Part shown: positions 44,757-57,780 of the stretch, piece by piece
Layout of the letters: every line of letters begins with the position of its first letter
Position numbering within the stretch: the stretch's first letter is position 1
Program-made: the position numbers and the translations under genes
Source: Octopus sinensis
Taxonomy: Eukaryota
Assembly (NCBI RefSeq): GCF_006345805.1
Contig: NC_042999.1
Span: forward strand, 48,360,001-48,424,000
Direction: 5' to 3'
DNA length: 64,000 nucleotides
The notes under the pieces: model-generated
The model's input: the letters and a program-made list of their open reading frames with translations, nothing else
Databases searched by the model: none
What the model was told of the DNA's origin: nothing

Positions 44757-45131
44757 TGATGATATGTGCATCTCTGATCATAAACAGAAGTAGTCGGGAG
44801 AGCATTATAGCCGTGTGTTGAATGGAATTCTTACAGGTTTGGATAATTCACCTTTGGAAACATGGTTGGTTCGTTCAACATCGTTAAACAATCCTTATTC
44901 AGGGACCTTTTGAGTGGGATGGGCTACTCGACCAGAAGAATATATTAACTGGGCCCCACCTGCAAGGTCATGCGCTGTTTATCTTGATATGAGATCACCA
45001 TGTCGCGCACATATGGTTGTGATGCATGTGCCTGGTGTACTCTTATCAGACAGGTATTCATGATGGGTATACTGGGCTTAATATATTTTACCCCAGTGTC
45101 ACTTTGATGGAATGCACTGCTCTCTCACTCA
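44757..45131 (+). mobile_element. Repeat X, copy 3 (left-truncated)
   Basis: Colinear with the 3' two-thirds of 10979-11521 and ends ctctctcactc followed by (AAT)n. Confidence 0.85.
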
Positions 45132-45169
45132 TAATAATAATAACAATAATAATAATAATAATAATAATG

Positions 45170-45198
<29 letters not shown>

Positions 45199-45204
<6 letters not shown>

Positions 45205-45689
45205 CCAGATATTGTTGTGAAAGACCAAAACAATAAAGTTTGTTTATTGATCGACATGAGCATCCCCTGTGATCATAATATCTCAGCGAAAGAGTTTGAC
45301 AAGCTCAGAAAATATAAAGACCTACTCATTGAAATTGAGAAAATGTGGCATCTCAAGGCGGTTACAATACCAGTGATCGTAGGAGCACTAGAATGATCAA
45401 GAAGGGAACCGAAAATTATATGAGAATGAACCCGGCTTACCATCCCTGCAAGAAGTGCAAAAGATTGTCTTAACTGGTACATCACACTTATTGAGAAGAG
45501 CATTGTCGATGTGAGAACTGTTGCTGCTCATGTATTTTAATTTAACTTTAAAAAAAAAAAAAAAAAATGAACGAACTACTGAGTTTGGTTTAATGGCCTA
45601 CCAATGTATACTATGAGTTTCTTTGCCCTAGGAGTCGGGGAGACACTCGGCAAGAAATGGAAGCAAATTTGAAAGAAGAAAAAAAAAGT
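45199..45689 (+). mobile_element. 5'-truncated R4/Dong-type element with a restriction-like endonuclease domain, second subfamily
   Basis: NKPDIVVKDQNNKVCLLIDMSIPCDHNISAKEFDKLRKYKDL...IPVIVGAL (PD..D and KxxKY motifs), then after frameshift LQEVQKIVLTGTSHLLRRALSM*. Flanked by (AAT)n. Confidence 0.9.
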
Positions 45690-45693
45690 AATA

Positions 45694-45756
<63 letters not shown>

Positions 45757-45775
45757 TAATAATAATAATAATGAT

Positions 45776-46230
45776 TTTTCTATTGGGCAACCAACAAAAT
45801 GCGGAAAAGGAATATCGCTTTATATAAATGTTAAAAAATAAAAATATATTAAAATAGATTATCCTAGCATTAAAATTTTCAGTATAGTCAGAATCTCTAA
45901 GATAGAGCATGGAGATGCACCTGACAGTGATGAGGCAGATACCCGCTTGAAACTGATGAAGACATGCTACATACTAGCACTGCTCTATCTACTGTTACTT
46001 TTATTGCTAATGTAACTGCCACTAATGCTACTAACATTTTAAACATAATAAAGGAAACGCTGATGTTGCTGCTGATGATGATAACATAAAAATGAATGAG
46101 TAAAATATAGGATTACGAAAATAACCATGAAAAAGATGAGGAAGCTAAAGAAAGAGATGAAGAGTAGAGTTATTACGTTAGTATATTTCTTGTATTAAGA
46201 AAAATATCTTCAAGCGGAAGCCAGCGAAAA
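45776..46230 (+). repeat. Segment Y, second copy
   Basis: Colinear with 12688-13134. Confidence 0.9.
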
Positions 46231-46499
46231 CATGGATGTTTGGTTCAACATCCTTAAACAACCCATACTCAGGGACCTTTTGAGCGGGATGGTTACGCGA
46301 TCAAAAGAAAACTCTAACTAGGCCTCACCTGCAAGTTCATGTATTGTGTATTTTGATATGAGATCACCATGTCGCGCACACATGGTTCTGATCTATGTGC
46401 CTAGTGTACTCTTATTAGACAGGTAGTCATGTTGGGTATACTGGGCTTCGTATATTTTACCCCATTGTCACTTTGATGGCATGCACTCCTCTCTCACTC
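46229..46499 (+). mobile_element. Repeat X, copy 4 (3' half)
   Basis: Joined to Y at gaaaacatgg and ends ctctctcactc followed by aataataat. Confidence 0.85.
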
Positions 46500-47056
46500 A
46501 ATAATAATAATATTACTAGTAATAATAATCATAATTTCTATATGTGATACAGCAATAATTGTTTCCCAGAGCTCAAAATTTACACAATTGATTTCCATTA
46601 TATAAATATCTAGTCTTCTCGTGAAATTCCTGCAGCTAGTAGACTTTTATATTTAACTTCTACAATTATTTGGCAGTCTGTGCGATATAAATATTTCGGT
46701 AAATTTTGCAATATTACAACAATTACAGGTGTGTATAAGATAAATCTGAAATGAAAATTGGATAACAATTCCTTGAATATTTTACGCATTACGTTATATT
46801 ACATACATTTTCTTTATATTGCCAGTGGAAATACAGCAAAGTATATGTAACTAGAATAAATTATACTTGTATAAATTAATATTTATCATTCTCTATCTGC
46901 TTTTCCTTCTATCTCTTTCTACCTGTCTCCTACAAAAAACAAAAATACGCAAAATATGTGTATATACACACATAGAAAACACACATACATACACAAACAC
47001 ACACATAAATACAGAGTGAGAGGTTAAAAGTGTAAGTGAAAGATAGATTCATCCAC

Positions 47057-47093
<37 letters not shown>

Positions 47094-47094
<1 letters not shown>

Positions 47095-47731
47095 TAGCAG
47101 TATCGCCCGGCGTTGCTCGGGTTTGTAAGGGAAATAACTATATAAGCATTTTTAGAGAGTTATAGCCAAAAAATAGCAAAAAATGCATTAAAAATGGAAA
47201 AAATATGATGGTAATTTTTTTTAAAAATCGTTGACTCATCGTAGACATTTTTAGAGAGTTACTTCCCTTATGTAATAGCGAAAAAATGCATTAAAATGGA
47301 AAAAAAAACGATGGTAAATTTTTTTTTAAATCGTAGACTCATGTAGACGCTTTCTTAGCCATTTCTGTTTTGGTGTCTTCAAGCCATGAAGTCGTTGTTC
47401 TAAAAGAACGCTGGTCTCCTTGACAACGCATTACGACGTTGATTTCCTTACACTCCCTTCCCCACAGGTGCAGGTGTGAGCGTGGACGCCAACTCCGCCG
47501 CCATCGACACACGAAAAATTATGCATTAAAATGGAATAAAAAATGATGTTAAATTATTTTTAAAATCGTAGACTCATCGTAGACGCGTGCTAATACTCAG
47601 ACGGGCTCGATATGAATCACGACTATAAGCTACCCGAATTTGGTTAAACTGCACCGCAAAATGTGGGAGTAGTTAGGAATCTAAATCGAAGGGGACAGAC
47701 ACTCACACAACTACTGTTTTACATATATAGA
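47094..47731 (-). mobile_element. Helitron-like element sharing the 3' hairpin-CTAG end but with a different body
   Basis: Plus-strand ctagcagtatcgcccggcgttgctcgggtttg is the exact reverse complement of the 41692 end. Minus-strand start TCtatatatg. Internal direct repeats containing gactcatcgtagac. Confidence 0.75.
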
Positions 47732-47744
47732 TATACATAGCGCA

Positions 47745-48342
47745 GTAGTGGTGAGATGTGACAGCAAAGAAAAGCATACATTCACTCTCTGCATGCAATT
47801 AGACTCGGAAAGTTCGTGAGGAACCCATTGACCCAATTTGCTGACTTTTCCGATAGCACACAGGTCTCAATGAATGGTTGAATGACCAAATCCAAGCTTC
47901 TCTGCTAGTTCCTCAACAGTTACGATGAGATTTTGTTCCACCAGGGTTTTCAGGATGTCCTTGTCGAGTTCTACAGATCTTTCAGGATGAGGCTCGTCTT
48001 CTAGGCTGTAGTTTATGGCTCGGAATTTCTGGAACCACCATTGACACTGCCTTACGCTTATTGTCCAATCCCCATATACTGCATTAATATTTCTTGTACT
48101 TTCCGTTGCGTTGTTGTCTTTATTGAACTCATAAAGCAAAATATGCCAAATATGCTCCTTTGTTACTTCCAATATAGCTTTGAAAAAAATAGCTGTTACA
48201 ATCGAAATGCACTCTTCAAAACTTGCACTATGAATAAGGACAAGATAAAATTACTACCTGCTTTTATAGCAAGTTAATATAAGTAGTTTATCCCATTCCC
48301 CTCTGACATTTAGTTCAAGCTGTTGAAAAAATTGCATTATTA
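47745..48342 (-). pseudogene. Mariner transposase N-terminal (HTH) remnant
   Basis: ORF 47867-48172 MEVTKEHIWHILLYEF...WWFQKFR...LEDEPHPERS...VEELAEKLG continues past a stop to KLGQWVPHEL. Confidence 0.92.
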
Positions 48343-48961
48343 TATATATATACATACATATACATACATACATATACACACACACTCTCTCTCTCACACA
48401 CATGCACACATTTATATTCTGTTATTGTTTTATACGTTTCAGCCTTGAGGTTGTGGCCATGCTGGATCATGTGTGTGTGTGTGTGTCTATCTGTCTGTCT
48501 GTCTGTATGTATATATGTATATGTATGTGTGTGAACAATAATATTTTCAACAGATGTGTTGCAAATGTATCTGATTGTTCTCAAGCTTCAATACTGTATG
48601 TGTGTGTATGTGTGTGTGTATGTATGTATGTATGTATGTATATGTATGTATGTATGTATGTGTGTATGTATGTATGTGTGTGTGTATGTATGTATGTGCG
48701 TGTGTATGTGTGTGTATGTATGTATGTATGTATGTATGAGTGTATGTTTACTTTATTACTAACACAAACCACTACGGTTATTTAATTTAAAGTCTTCCTC
48801 AAATCACTCTCTCTGGCTATTTACTCTCTTCCAAGAACATTTTCACTCACTCTTATCTGTTAGCTTCCCATACAATTTACTCATGTATCTATCAGCGTCA
48901 TAGTCGTCATCGCATTCTATTGTCTACCTGTCAACACACTGAATTAGTTTCACTTTATTCG

Positions 48962-49208
48962 TAGCACACTGTGTGCGTTTGCGTGTGGTGTAAACCAGAC
49001 TAAGAAAAGCATTTGACACACACACCAGAATGTGAGTTTTCTGTAAATTTTGCTTAATTGGAGTTTAAATTTTAAAATCTGGACCTGGCATGACGCGATG
49101 CATTCTACTCTTAAAAATGCTAGGTAAATTGTAATTGAAGAAATCCTATATTGTAGATTTGTATAACTCCCAAAGGGAGGCAGATAAAATCTGCCTTTTA
49201 TAATAAGA
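48962..49208 (-). mobile_element. Helitron-like 5' fragment
   Basis: Reverse complement of about 40035-40290, starting TCttattataaaaggcagattttatctgc. Confidence 0.8.
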
Positions 49209-50391
49209 TATATATATATATATATAATATATATATATAATATATATATATATATATAGATATATAATTTTCCATATATATATATGTTAAACTACGAAGT
49301 AACTTTCACTCATACTGGTGTTAAATTTAATAAACATATACTCCAAAGAGGAAATATAGTGATTCAGCAGTTTAATTGTATATTATTTTTATCATAACTC
49401 TACATGAAGACAAACATTAATACTATGTATAAAACAGTTGCAGTACTTGGACAGATCCCCAATCATATATCCTAGTATAGCTTGGTGTTTCGTATCTCGA
49501 AATATATCCTGCCTACATTCGACCAAAATTTGACTAAACAAATTGAAGCATGCATTCATGAAAAATTGTCCTGCGCCGATAATTTCACATCGATTCTTCA
49601 ATAACCAGCTAAATCTACGATGATTTTAATAGTTCTAATAATTTCTGTAATTTCTAATGTTCCAAACGTACTATATTGACTCGCATAAATGTCCAGTTAC
49701 ATAACTGTAAAATAAATTATTCTTTGCCCTTCAATGCGGCATCCCATTCCACTAATACTTGCGTTGAGTGCGTTTCTTCTTTCTCTATTTTTCTTTACTT
49801 CTTTGGTATCTTCGATGCAGCATCAATGAATGTCAGCGGGCGAATGACCATGCTACCAAATTTCCCTTTAATTACTCGTCAGTAAGTTCCAGCAGCCAGC
49901 ACTATCTTACTGTCACATGACACTGTGTAAACTTCAACTGACCAATGGAGGGGAAGGACGCGTAGGAAGGGTGCTCTCGTTAAACCTCCCTTACAACAGT
50001 GTCATTTTAGTTTCTCAAATTGTGCAGAATCTATACACAAACCCGCTATATATATCTAGACGAGTTTTGTCTATCCTTGTGGGTATTTGTGCGAGTACAG
50101 GCGGGTATTTTGCAAGTGCCTGATTGAGTACCTGTTTGAATGCCTGTGTCTATGTATACCTGTTTTTATGTGAGTATTTTTCTCATACTCTTTGACGTTT
50201 ACAAGTCATAGCTTCGTCACAGAAGAGAAAAGATTGTTACGTTTATGTAAGATTTATGATCGTATTGAATGAATCATTTCAAGCCCTCCTCCGTCGTGTT
50301 GCGCAAGCATAGTTAATTTCGATGCCTGGAACAAGCGAAAGGATACACGGATACATACATCCATTCATTCATACATATATGCATAGACCTA

Positions 50392-50460
<69 letters not shown>

Positions 50461-50570
50461 CATATATACATATATACATGCATACGTGCATAGATAGAGA
50501 TACACAGACATATCAATATACAATATAAAAGAGTTAAAGAAGAGAGTAGATCCTCTCATTGATCCTTAGA

Positions 50571-50650
<80 letters not shown>

Positions 50651-50678
50651 TACATACATGCATATACATAATACATAA

Positions 50679-50713
<35 letters not shown>

Positions 50714-50820
50714 CGGAGAGAGAGAGAGATAAAGAGACAGAGGGAGAGACTGACAGATAGACACACAGAGACGGAGAAAGATTCACTCTCATATCCATGC
50801 ACACATGCATGTATATATTA

Positions 50821-51207
50821 GAGTGGGCGTGTAGTAAGTAGCTTGCTTAACAACCACATGGTTCCGAATTCAGTCCCACTGCGCGGCAACATGGGCAAGT
50901 GTCTTCTAGTGTAGCCTGGGGTCTATCAAAGCCTTGTGAGTTGATTTCGTAGACGGGAACTGAAAGAGGCCCCATCGTATATATGTGTGTGTGTGTGGTG
51001 TGTGTATGTGTGTGTATGTGTGTGAGTATGTGTGTGTGTATGTGTGTGTGTATCAGAGAGTGTTGACGGCAGTGAAACAATAGCAGTCGGAAAAAGAGAT
51101 CGATAGGATAAATACTAGGTTTATAAAGAATAAGTTCTAGGGTCAATTTGCTCGACAAAAGGTGGTGCTCCAGCATGGCCACAGTCTACTGACGGAAACA
51201 AGTAAAA
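50821..51207 (+). mobile_element. SINE family 2
   Basis: Head gagtgggcgtgtagtaagtagc...ttcagtcccactg, tail ggtgctccagcatggccacagtc. Confidence 0.87.
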
Positions 51208-51236
51208 TAATATATATATATATATATGCATATATG

Positions 51237-51300
<64 letters not shown>

Positions 51301-52624
51301 TATATACACATATATACATATATATATAAATGCATGCATATATATAGATATATATATATACATATATTTATATATGCATACACACTCGCGCACACAAACA
51401 TCACACACATACACTCACACACACATATATGTATATACACATGCACATATTAATTCCATTAGTAAATGTATATACTTAACTGAATATAAATATTTAAACC
51501 TATATACCACAGTAACAAAAAATAGAAATTAAGACAAAAGCATCAATCTATCTTTCTCGGTACACTGTTTTATCCGACTTGAATCTAAATAGACATATAC
51601 TACACTTTGAAAACATTGCTTTGTGTCTAGACATAATGATAATATAAAAGCCTTGGCAAATACAGCTATATTTTCACTCTCATTATTCTTTATTTTATTT
51701 TTATAATATAGTTTTTCGTCTTTTGATCAGAGTCAATATGTTTCCTTTCACACATTATCCTGTAGACTTGTAATCAACACTGGCAGTTACTCTAAAAATA
51801 GATGACGGTTGTGCTTTGGCAATCTGTTAGTCTTCATCAATGGTGCTTTATTTCCACTGACCACCTGTCGTAGTTGGCTAAATATCGGCAGAGTAAGAGG
51901 CACTCAAATTGGCTATTCGTTTGACAAATAGAGAGAAGACAACGAAGATAATAGCATCAAAAATCGGAGATGTATTCTAGCGAATGATACTGTTGTCGAA
52001 ATTAATTGTTCTATTGTTATTGAACAGATTTCTAAGAAAATTGCAGCATATATCTCGTCACTGTAATGTGCACTCAAAGATATTATCTGAGATAGTTTAC
52101 ATTGTCTGGAGAAAATATGTAGAATACTTAGAACCTGTTTACATGCATATGTCTTTCTATATTCATACCAGTCTTTTATGCCACAGACGTCTTTTAAATC
52201 GTTTGAATATACTGAAAAGGAATAATTGCTGGATTCCAGTTCTAAAGTACATTATTGTTTTAAGTAAATCTACATATTCATAAGTCATATAACTGTATTA
52301 AACATATGTTCTCATTGTAAAGAACCAAAAAGAAAAAAAATATGTACCTCTTTAGAATTTTAATGTTACTCAAACACTCACACATGCACTTACACATGTA
52401 TGTACGTACGAGTATATGTATGCATTTTTATGGATTTATATCTAGGTACACATATATAAATCTAAATATACATGCAATACAAATATGTATAGATTTACAT
52501 ATATGTATATAGATTTAAGAACAAATGTATTAATCATGATTGTTTCTGTTTATAGAAGTGTTAGTAAGGTAAATAAAATGTATGTATACGTACAGATCGC
52601 TAGACAGTAACCTTTATATATATA

Positions 52625-52775
52625 TATTTTCTCCCTGTATATTTCTCTTTGCCTTTCTGTCGTAGGCTCGAATTATAAAAGATTTTTCTTTCTTCCCGAG
52701 CGTTAAAACAATACATTTATTTGTTGTTTATACACCGGTCTTCGTCTCTTGTTTGTTTCGTAAATTCTCACTATA
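52625..52775 (+). mobile_element. PLE-type terminal-repeat fragment homologous to 61075-61250
   Basis: cgtaggctcgaa...cccgagcgttaaaacaatac...tacacc.gtc.tcgtct is shared with the minus strand of 61075-61250. The hammerhead core is deleted in this copy. Confidence 0.6.
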
Positions 52776-53104
52776 TATATATGTGTGTGTATGTGTGTGT
52801 GTGTGCCTGTGTGTGTGTGTATGTGTATATATATATATATTGATATACATATACACTTACAGATATTCAAAAACAAGTACAGCGAGGTGAATAAAAATTC
52901 ATATATATTCACTTACATATGGAAATATATGGAAATGTATCTGTAGGCAGGGATGCGAATTGCGGATTTAGATGGGAGAAAACATTTAACATAGACCAAT
53001 ACTGAAATATATGATTGAGATACAGACATATTTCCATATATTTATGTATGTAAGTGAATATATATGAAATTTTATTCATATTACTGTACATTTGTATATC
53101 TGTA

Positions 53105-53135
<31 letters not shown>

Positions 53136-53422
53136 AATGTGTATATATATACACACATAAATATATATATGTATATATATATATGTAAATTTATAAATAA
53201 GGATAATATCAATATTTCAATATCGATATTATTATGTGGCCAGCATTGGAATAAATACCATACAAAGGTCATAGTTTTTTACAACTAAAAATAAGGGTGT
53301 ATGGAGACACCACCATGCCGAAATATCAGTCAAATCCCTGACTCTAAAAAACCCTTTAAATGTTCATATCGCACCATGAGATAAGACAGAGGGACAAAAT
53401 AGCAAAAATATATTACTGAATA

Positions 53423-53481
53423 ATTCAAGATCCTGGATTTCTAGCTTTGCTTTAAATAAGCTCAACTTTCATCAGTTGAAT
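53423..53481 (-). ncRNA. Minimal type-I hammerhead ribozyme motif with intact core
   Basis: Minus strand: attcaa-CTGATGA-aagttgagcttatttaaagcaaagcta-GAAA-tcc a gga-TC-ttgaat. Perfect 6-bp stem I, palindromic stem III, AUC cleavage triplet. Confidence 0.8.
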
Positions 53482-53891
53482 ATATCAGATGGGCACATGA
53501 ATACAAATATATATATATATACAGAACAAAAGTTATACTTATATATACGAACGTCCATACATACATATATATGCACGTATTTACAAGGCCAGTTCAAATT
53601 GCCCGCCAACTATTTTTAGTTGTGAAAAATTATTACATTTGTATGGTATTTATTCCCCTGCTGGCCACTTGATAATATCGATATTCAAATATCGATATTA
53701 TCCGTATTTATAAATTTATATAATTCGTCACTATATTCACTGCGGTGTTTATTGTGACCATATCGTGGTTGGCGGGCAATTTGAACTGGCCTTGTACATA
53801 CGTGCATATATATGTATATATGGACGTTGTATATGTAAGTATAACGTTTGTTCTGTATATATATATTTGTATTTATGTGCCCATCTGATAT

Positions 53892-53939
53892 ATTCAACTG
53901 ATGAAGGCCGAGCAAAGTTAGACATCCAGGATCTTCAAT
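53892..53939 (+). ncRNA. Degenerate second copy of the hammerhead motif
   Basis: attcaa-CTGATGA-aggccgagcaaagtta-GACA-tccagga-TC-ttcaat. GAAA is changed to GACA, so probably inactive. Confidence 0.6.
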
Positions 53940-54152
53940 TATTCAGTAATATCTTTTTGCTAGTCTATTTTGTCCCTCTATCTTATCTCGTGGGGCGATA
54001 TGAACATTTAAGGTGGTTCTTAGAGTCAGGGATTTGACTGCTATTTCGGCATGGTGGTGTCTCTCAGACACCCTTATTATTAGTATGTATGTATATATAT
54101 ATATATATATATATACACTGGAGTAAGCACATAAACATATATATGCTTTATT

Positions 54153-54261
54153 TAAAAGCAGTAGAAATATAACAAAAGCTTTTATTTAGAGGTTCACTTT
54201 CCCGACGAACGGGAACGTGAAACTTTGACTAACGGCTTTTGTTATGTTTCTGCTGTTTTTA
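54153..54261. repeat. Short palindromic MITE-like hairpin
   Basis: aaaagcagtagaaatataacaaaagc...ttcac.ttcccg acgaa cgggaa.gtgaa...gcttttgttatgtttctgctgtttt. Confidence 0.85.
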
Positions 54262-54324
54262 CACAAAATTATATATATGTATATATATATGTGTGTGGGG
54301 GGTGTTTGTGTGTGTGTGTGTATA

Positions 54325-55900
54325 ATATGAGACAATTAACTTGTAGACCTGATAAAACTCCGTTTTCGGATATCGGGGCGGAAACCCACACCAGCATCTC
54401 TTCAGTTATCGGGCCATTGAAAAAAATGCCATGAAAATGACCTTTAAAGGGAAATTACTGTGTGGTTGACCGTTATTAACACAGAAGAGCTATTAGGATG
54501 GCCGCTAAGTAAGGGGAGGGTGTAAATGCAAGGTAGTACATGTGTTCATAGTAATCGCGTAAATACCCATGTCCATACAGACATTGCGCGCCCGCACACC
54601 CACGTACATGTGGCTATATGTGTATAGTCATCCACCCTCACTTGAAATACACACATGCTCACCTACACTTTCGCTAATAAAATAAAAACATACACGTACC
54701 TGCATACACGCTAGCACACGCACACACATACACGCACAATAAAGGTTCACACACACGTCTATGTACGCACATGCACATGAAAAAACAGAGCTAAAGATGA
54801 CTACAGAACAGTGTAAAAAATAATCAATAAGAATAAGAAGTAAAGGATTAAATATGCGCATGAGAATGCGTATGAGCGCATGTTCATACATAAACATGCG
54901 CGTACGCACACCCACATATATATGTGTATATGCTCATCCACTTGAAACACACATGCGCACCCACACTTTCGCCAACAAACAATTTATGTATACGCGTACG
55001 CACGCGCACAAAACAGCTTCATATACATATCTTTATACACACATACTCGCATGCACGCGCACACACACGTCTATATACGCACATACCCGAACACATGCAC
55101 ACATCCACACGCGCGCACAAAAATTCCATATGCACGCCTATATACGCACAGGAAAAATGCAGTTTGGAAGGTAAAAATACAGAAAAAATTACGTGTAAAA
55201 ACTTATATGAGCAATAAACCTATAAAACAATATCTCTAGAAATATGTAAAAAAATATATATATAAAAATATATAAGAAATATAAGTAAAGAGTATAGAGA
55301 GATTAAAACTTGTACGTGGGCACAATATAACAAAGCAAGTCCTATCTGTAATCTTGGGGAGACCAAAAACCTAACAAATATTTAGCTACGCGTGGACCTT
55401 ATCCGAAAAGTTCAGTTTTTGAATTTAGACATGTGGCTGAATCTAAGCTGCTTTTTCATGAGCCATCTTTCCATATGAGAAAGACCATACTTTCCACTGC
55501 CGTTGGTGTAGGGCTTACACTTGGCTAAGATCTTCGAATGGATGTTTTAACTGACACCTTTATCTTTTAAGGACCATATATGACTGCATAATTTGGTCGT
55601 TTTCCTTTAATACCAGTGCCTGAAGCTCAAGGTTTGATTATTGAATCTTGTCTTGAAATTACCCTCTGTAAGGCCCACGTATTTCTTCGTCGAAAATGTG
55701 TCCATAATGAATGTCCACGGTGTCGTCATAAATGATAGTCTTGGTCAGGCAAGCTCCATTTAGCGGGCAAAAATTTTTATCCCTGCATGAACAGCTGGTT
55801 TTATTTCGTGGTATGGAAAGATGGCTCATCGGGAAAAGCAGCTTAGACCCGGCTACATGGCTAAATTCAAGAATTGAACTTTCATCAATTATCGGCTGTT
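54325..55900 (-). mobile_element. Penelope-like element 3' portion: GIY-YIG endonuclease remnant (about 55400-55800), low-complexity 3' region and hammerhead
   Basis: TSCSCRDKNFCPLNGACLTKTIIY...KKYVGLTEGNFKTRFNNQTLSFR...TKLCSHIWSLKDKG, with stops and a frameshift. Confidence 0.88.
54348..54413 (-). ncRNA. Hammerhead-like motif at the 3' end of a PLE remnant
   Basis: Minus strand: gataa-CTGAAGA-gatgctgg...ccgatatc-c-GAAA-acggag-UU-ttatc. Stem III is imperfect. Confidence 0.6.
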
Positions 55901-57732
55901 CATCTACTCCACATTTCGAGTAATTAACGACAATATATGGCTTCCAAAACCAGTTGCTCGCGTGAACCAGAAGGAGGAAGAGGGGGGGAGAGAGAGATAT
56001 AGATAGAAAACGGTGAAGGGAAGAAAAAGAATTAGAGAAAGAGAGAGAGAGAGAGAGAATGAAAGGGGGGGGGAAGAGAACAGTACTGCCTAGGGTCGCA
56101 TCAAAATTATTAATATAACCTTACTCGGAAATGGATGCGTGGCGTGTAATCATATCGTATGAATAATAAATATATATGATGGGGGGTGGTGTTTATATTG
56201 ATAGGTAGATAGATAGATATACAAATACGTATACATATGCATAATATAAATATATGCATATATATGTACATTTGTATATATATATATATATATGTACATA
56301 CTTACATATATATGTATATATGTATGCGTATATGGGTAGAGGACGTCACAAAACGTAAACAACATGAACTGTATATACATACATGGTACACACATTACAT
56401 ACATACGTACGCTAGATGCCATATAGATTTATGTACAGACGCACACACACACACACACACACATTTATATATATATATATATATAGGCAGAGACAGAAGG
56501 AAAGAAAGATACGATGTTTGATACGATAGGCTCAATGCACTTCGCCGTATGTGTATGTGTCCGCATATTGTGTATGACAGTGTGTCTATGTGTCCTGTAT
56601 TAACACTTTCTTTACTTTCTTCAGTAAAGTATTTTCTTTTGTTTCGTATTCCTTTATCTTCAATAACTTGGAGCAACGTTAAACGTAAAAGCATTTATGA
56701 GAGAAAAGACCAAGTAATTGTCTGGAGTACATATAGATAAAGATATCTTCGTGCCATACATTATTCACATTATATGGCTTTGTGGATATGGTGGAAGTAT
56801 TTTCAATGCACCCGTCGTTTTAAGTTTTGGGAACTAATAGTAATCAATAGAAACGTTGCAGTTATCGAAAATCTGCAGTACACATCTATCTATCTATCTG
56901 TTTATCAATCTACTTGTCTATCTATCTCACTATATATATATATATATAATATATATAGATAAAGAGAAAAAGAGAGCGTCGTGTGTGTGTATGTATGTGT
57001 ACATATAATATATAATATATATTTATATATATGTATATCAAGAGAGAGAAAGAGTAAGGTAGATTTATATAGATATAGGATAGACATGAGAAATCATATA
57101 CCTATGGAGAGTCCTGTAGATATAAGTATAAATGTATATACATTCTTTAAGCTTTTTTATTAGATTGTGTTATGAATATAAGCTTAAAGTAGTAACATTA
57201 CTGACTGTATTTTGTATAACAATTTTCATACAAGTTTTAATCTAGCTGATTTAAAATAATTAAAATAGAGTGACAGTTCCTGTCATTATTTTGCGTTATG
57301 AATTGTAGAATATAAAACAAATTAAAACTTTATTTACACGATATTTATTTTATACGGTATGCAAAATAATGGAATATTCTCCACGGGAAATTATGAAAAA
57401 CCATAAGTAGTTATCTACTAATAATAATTTTCTTCAACAGAAAAAGTACGGGATTATTGTTAATATATTAGATAACTGCGCCGATGAGAATACTAGGAAG
57501 TCTGGCATGTCATAATATGTACATGTAATGATAGGTGACATTTCAAAATCACAATGTGCTTTTACTTTTACAACTACAATTAGGTTATAGCCACATGAAA
57601 ATGAATATTCAGTGAGCAACAGCAAATGATTTTGTTGCTTTGGAGATGTATGATTGAAATTTAAATTACATGAAGTTCAACGTAGAAGTTTTTTGTACTT
57701 CATTATTTCAAACAACGCACATACGCATGTAA

Positions 57733-57780
<48 letters not shown>

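Larger units (their letters stand above)
53183..54078. repeat. Interleaved double inverted repeat A-B-A'-B'
   Basis: A 53183-53293 pairs with A' 53611-53722; B 53290-53610 pairs with B' 53768-54078. Confidence 0.92.
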
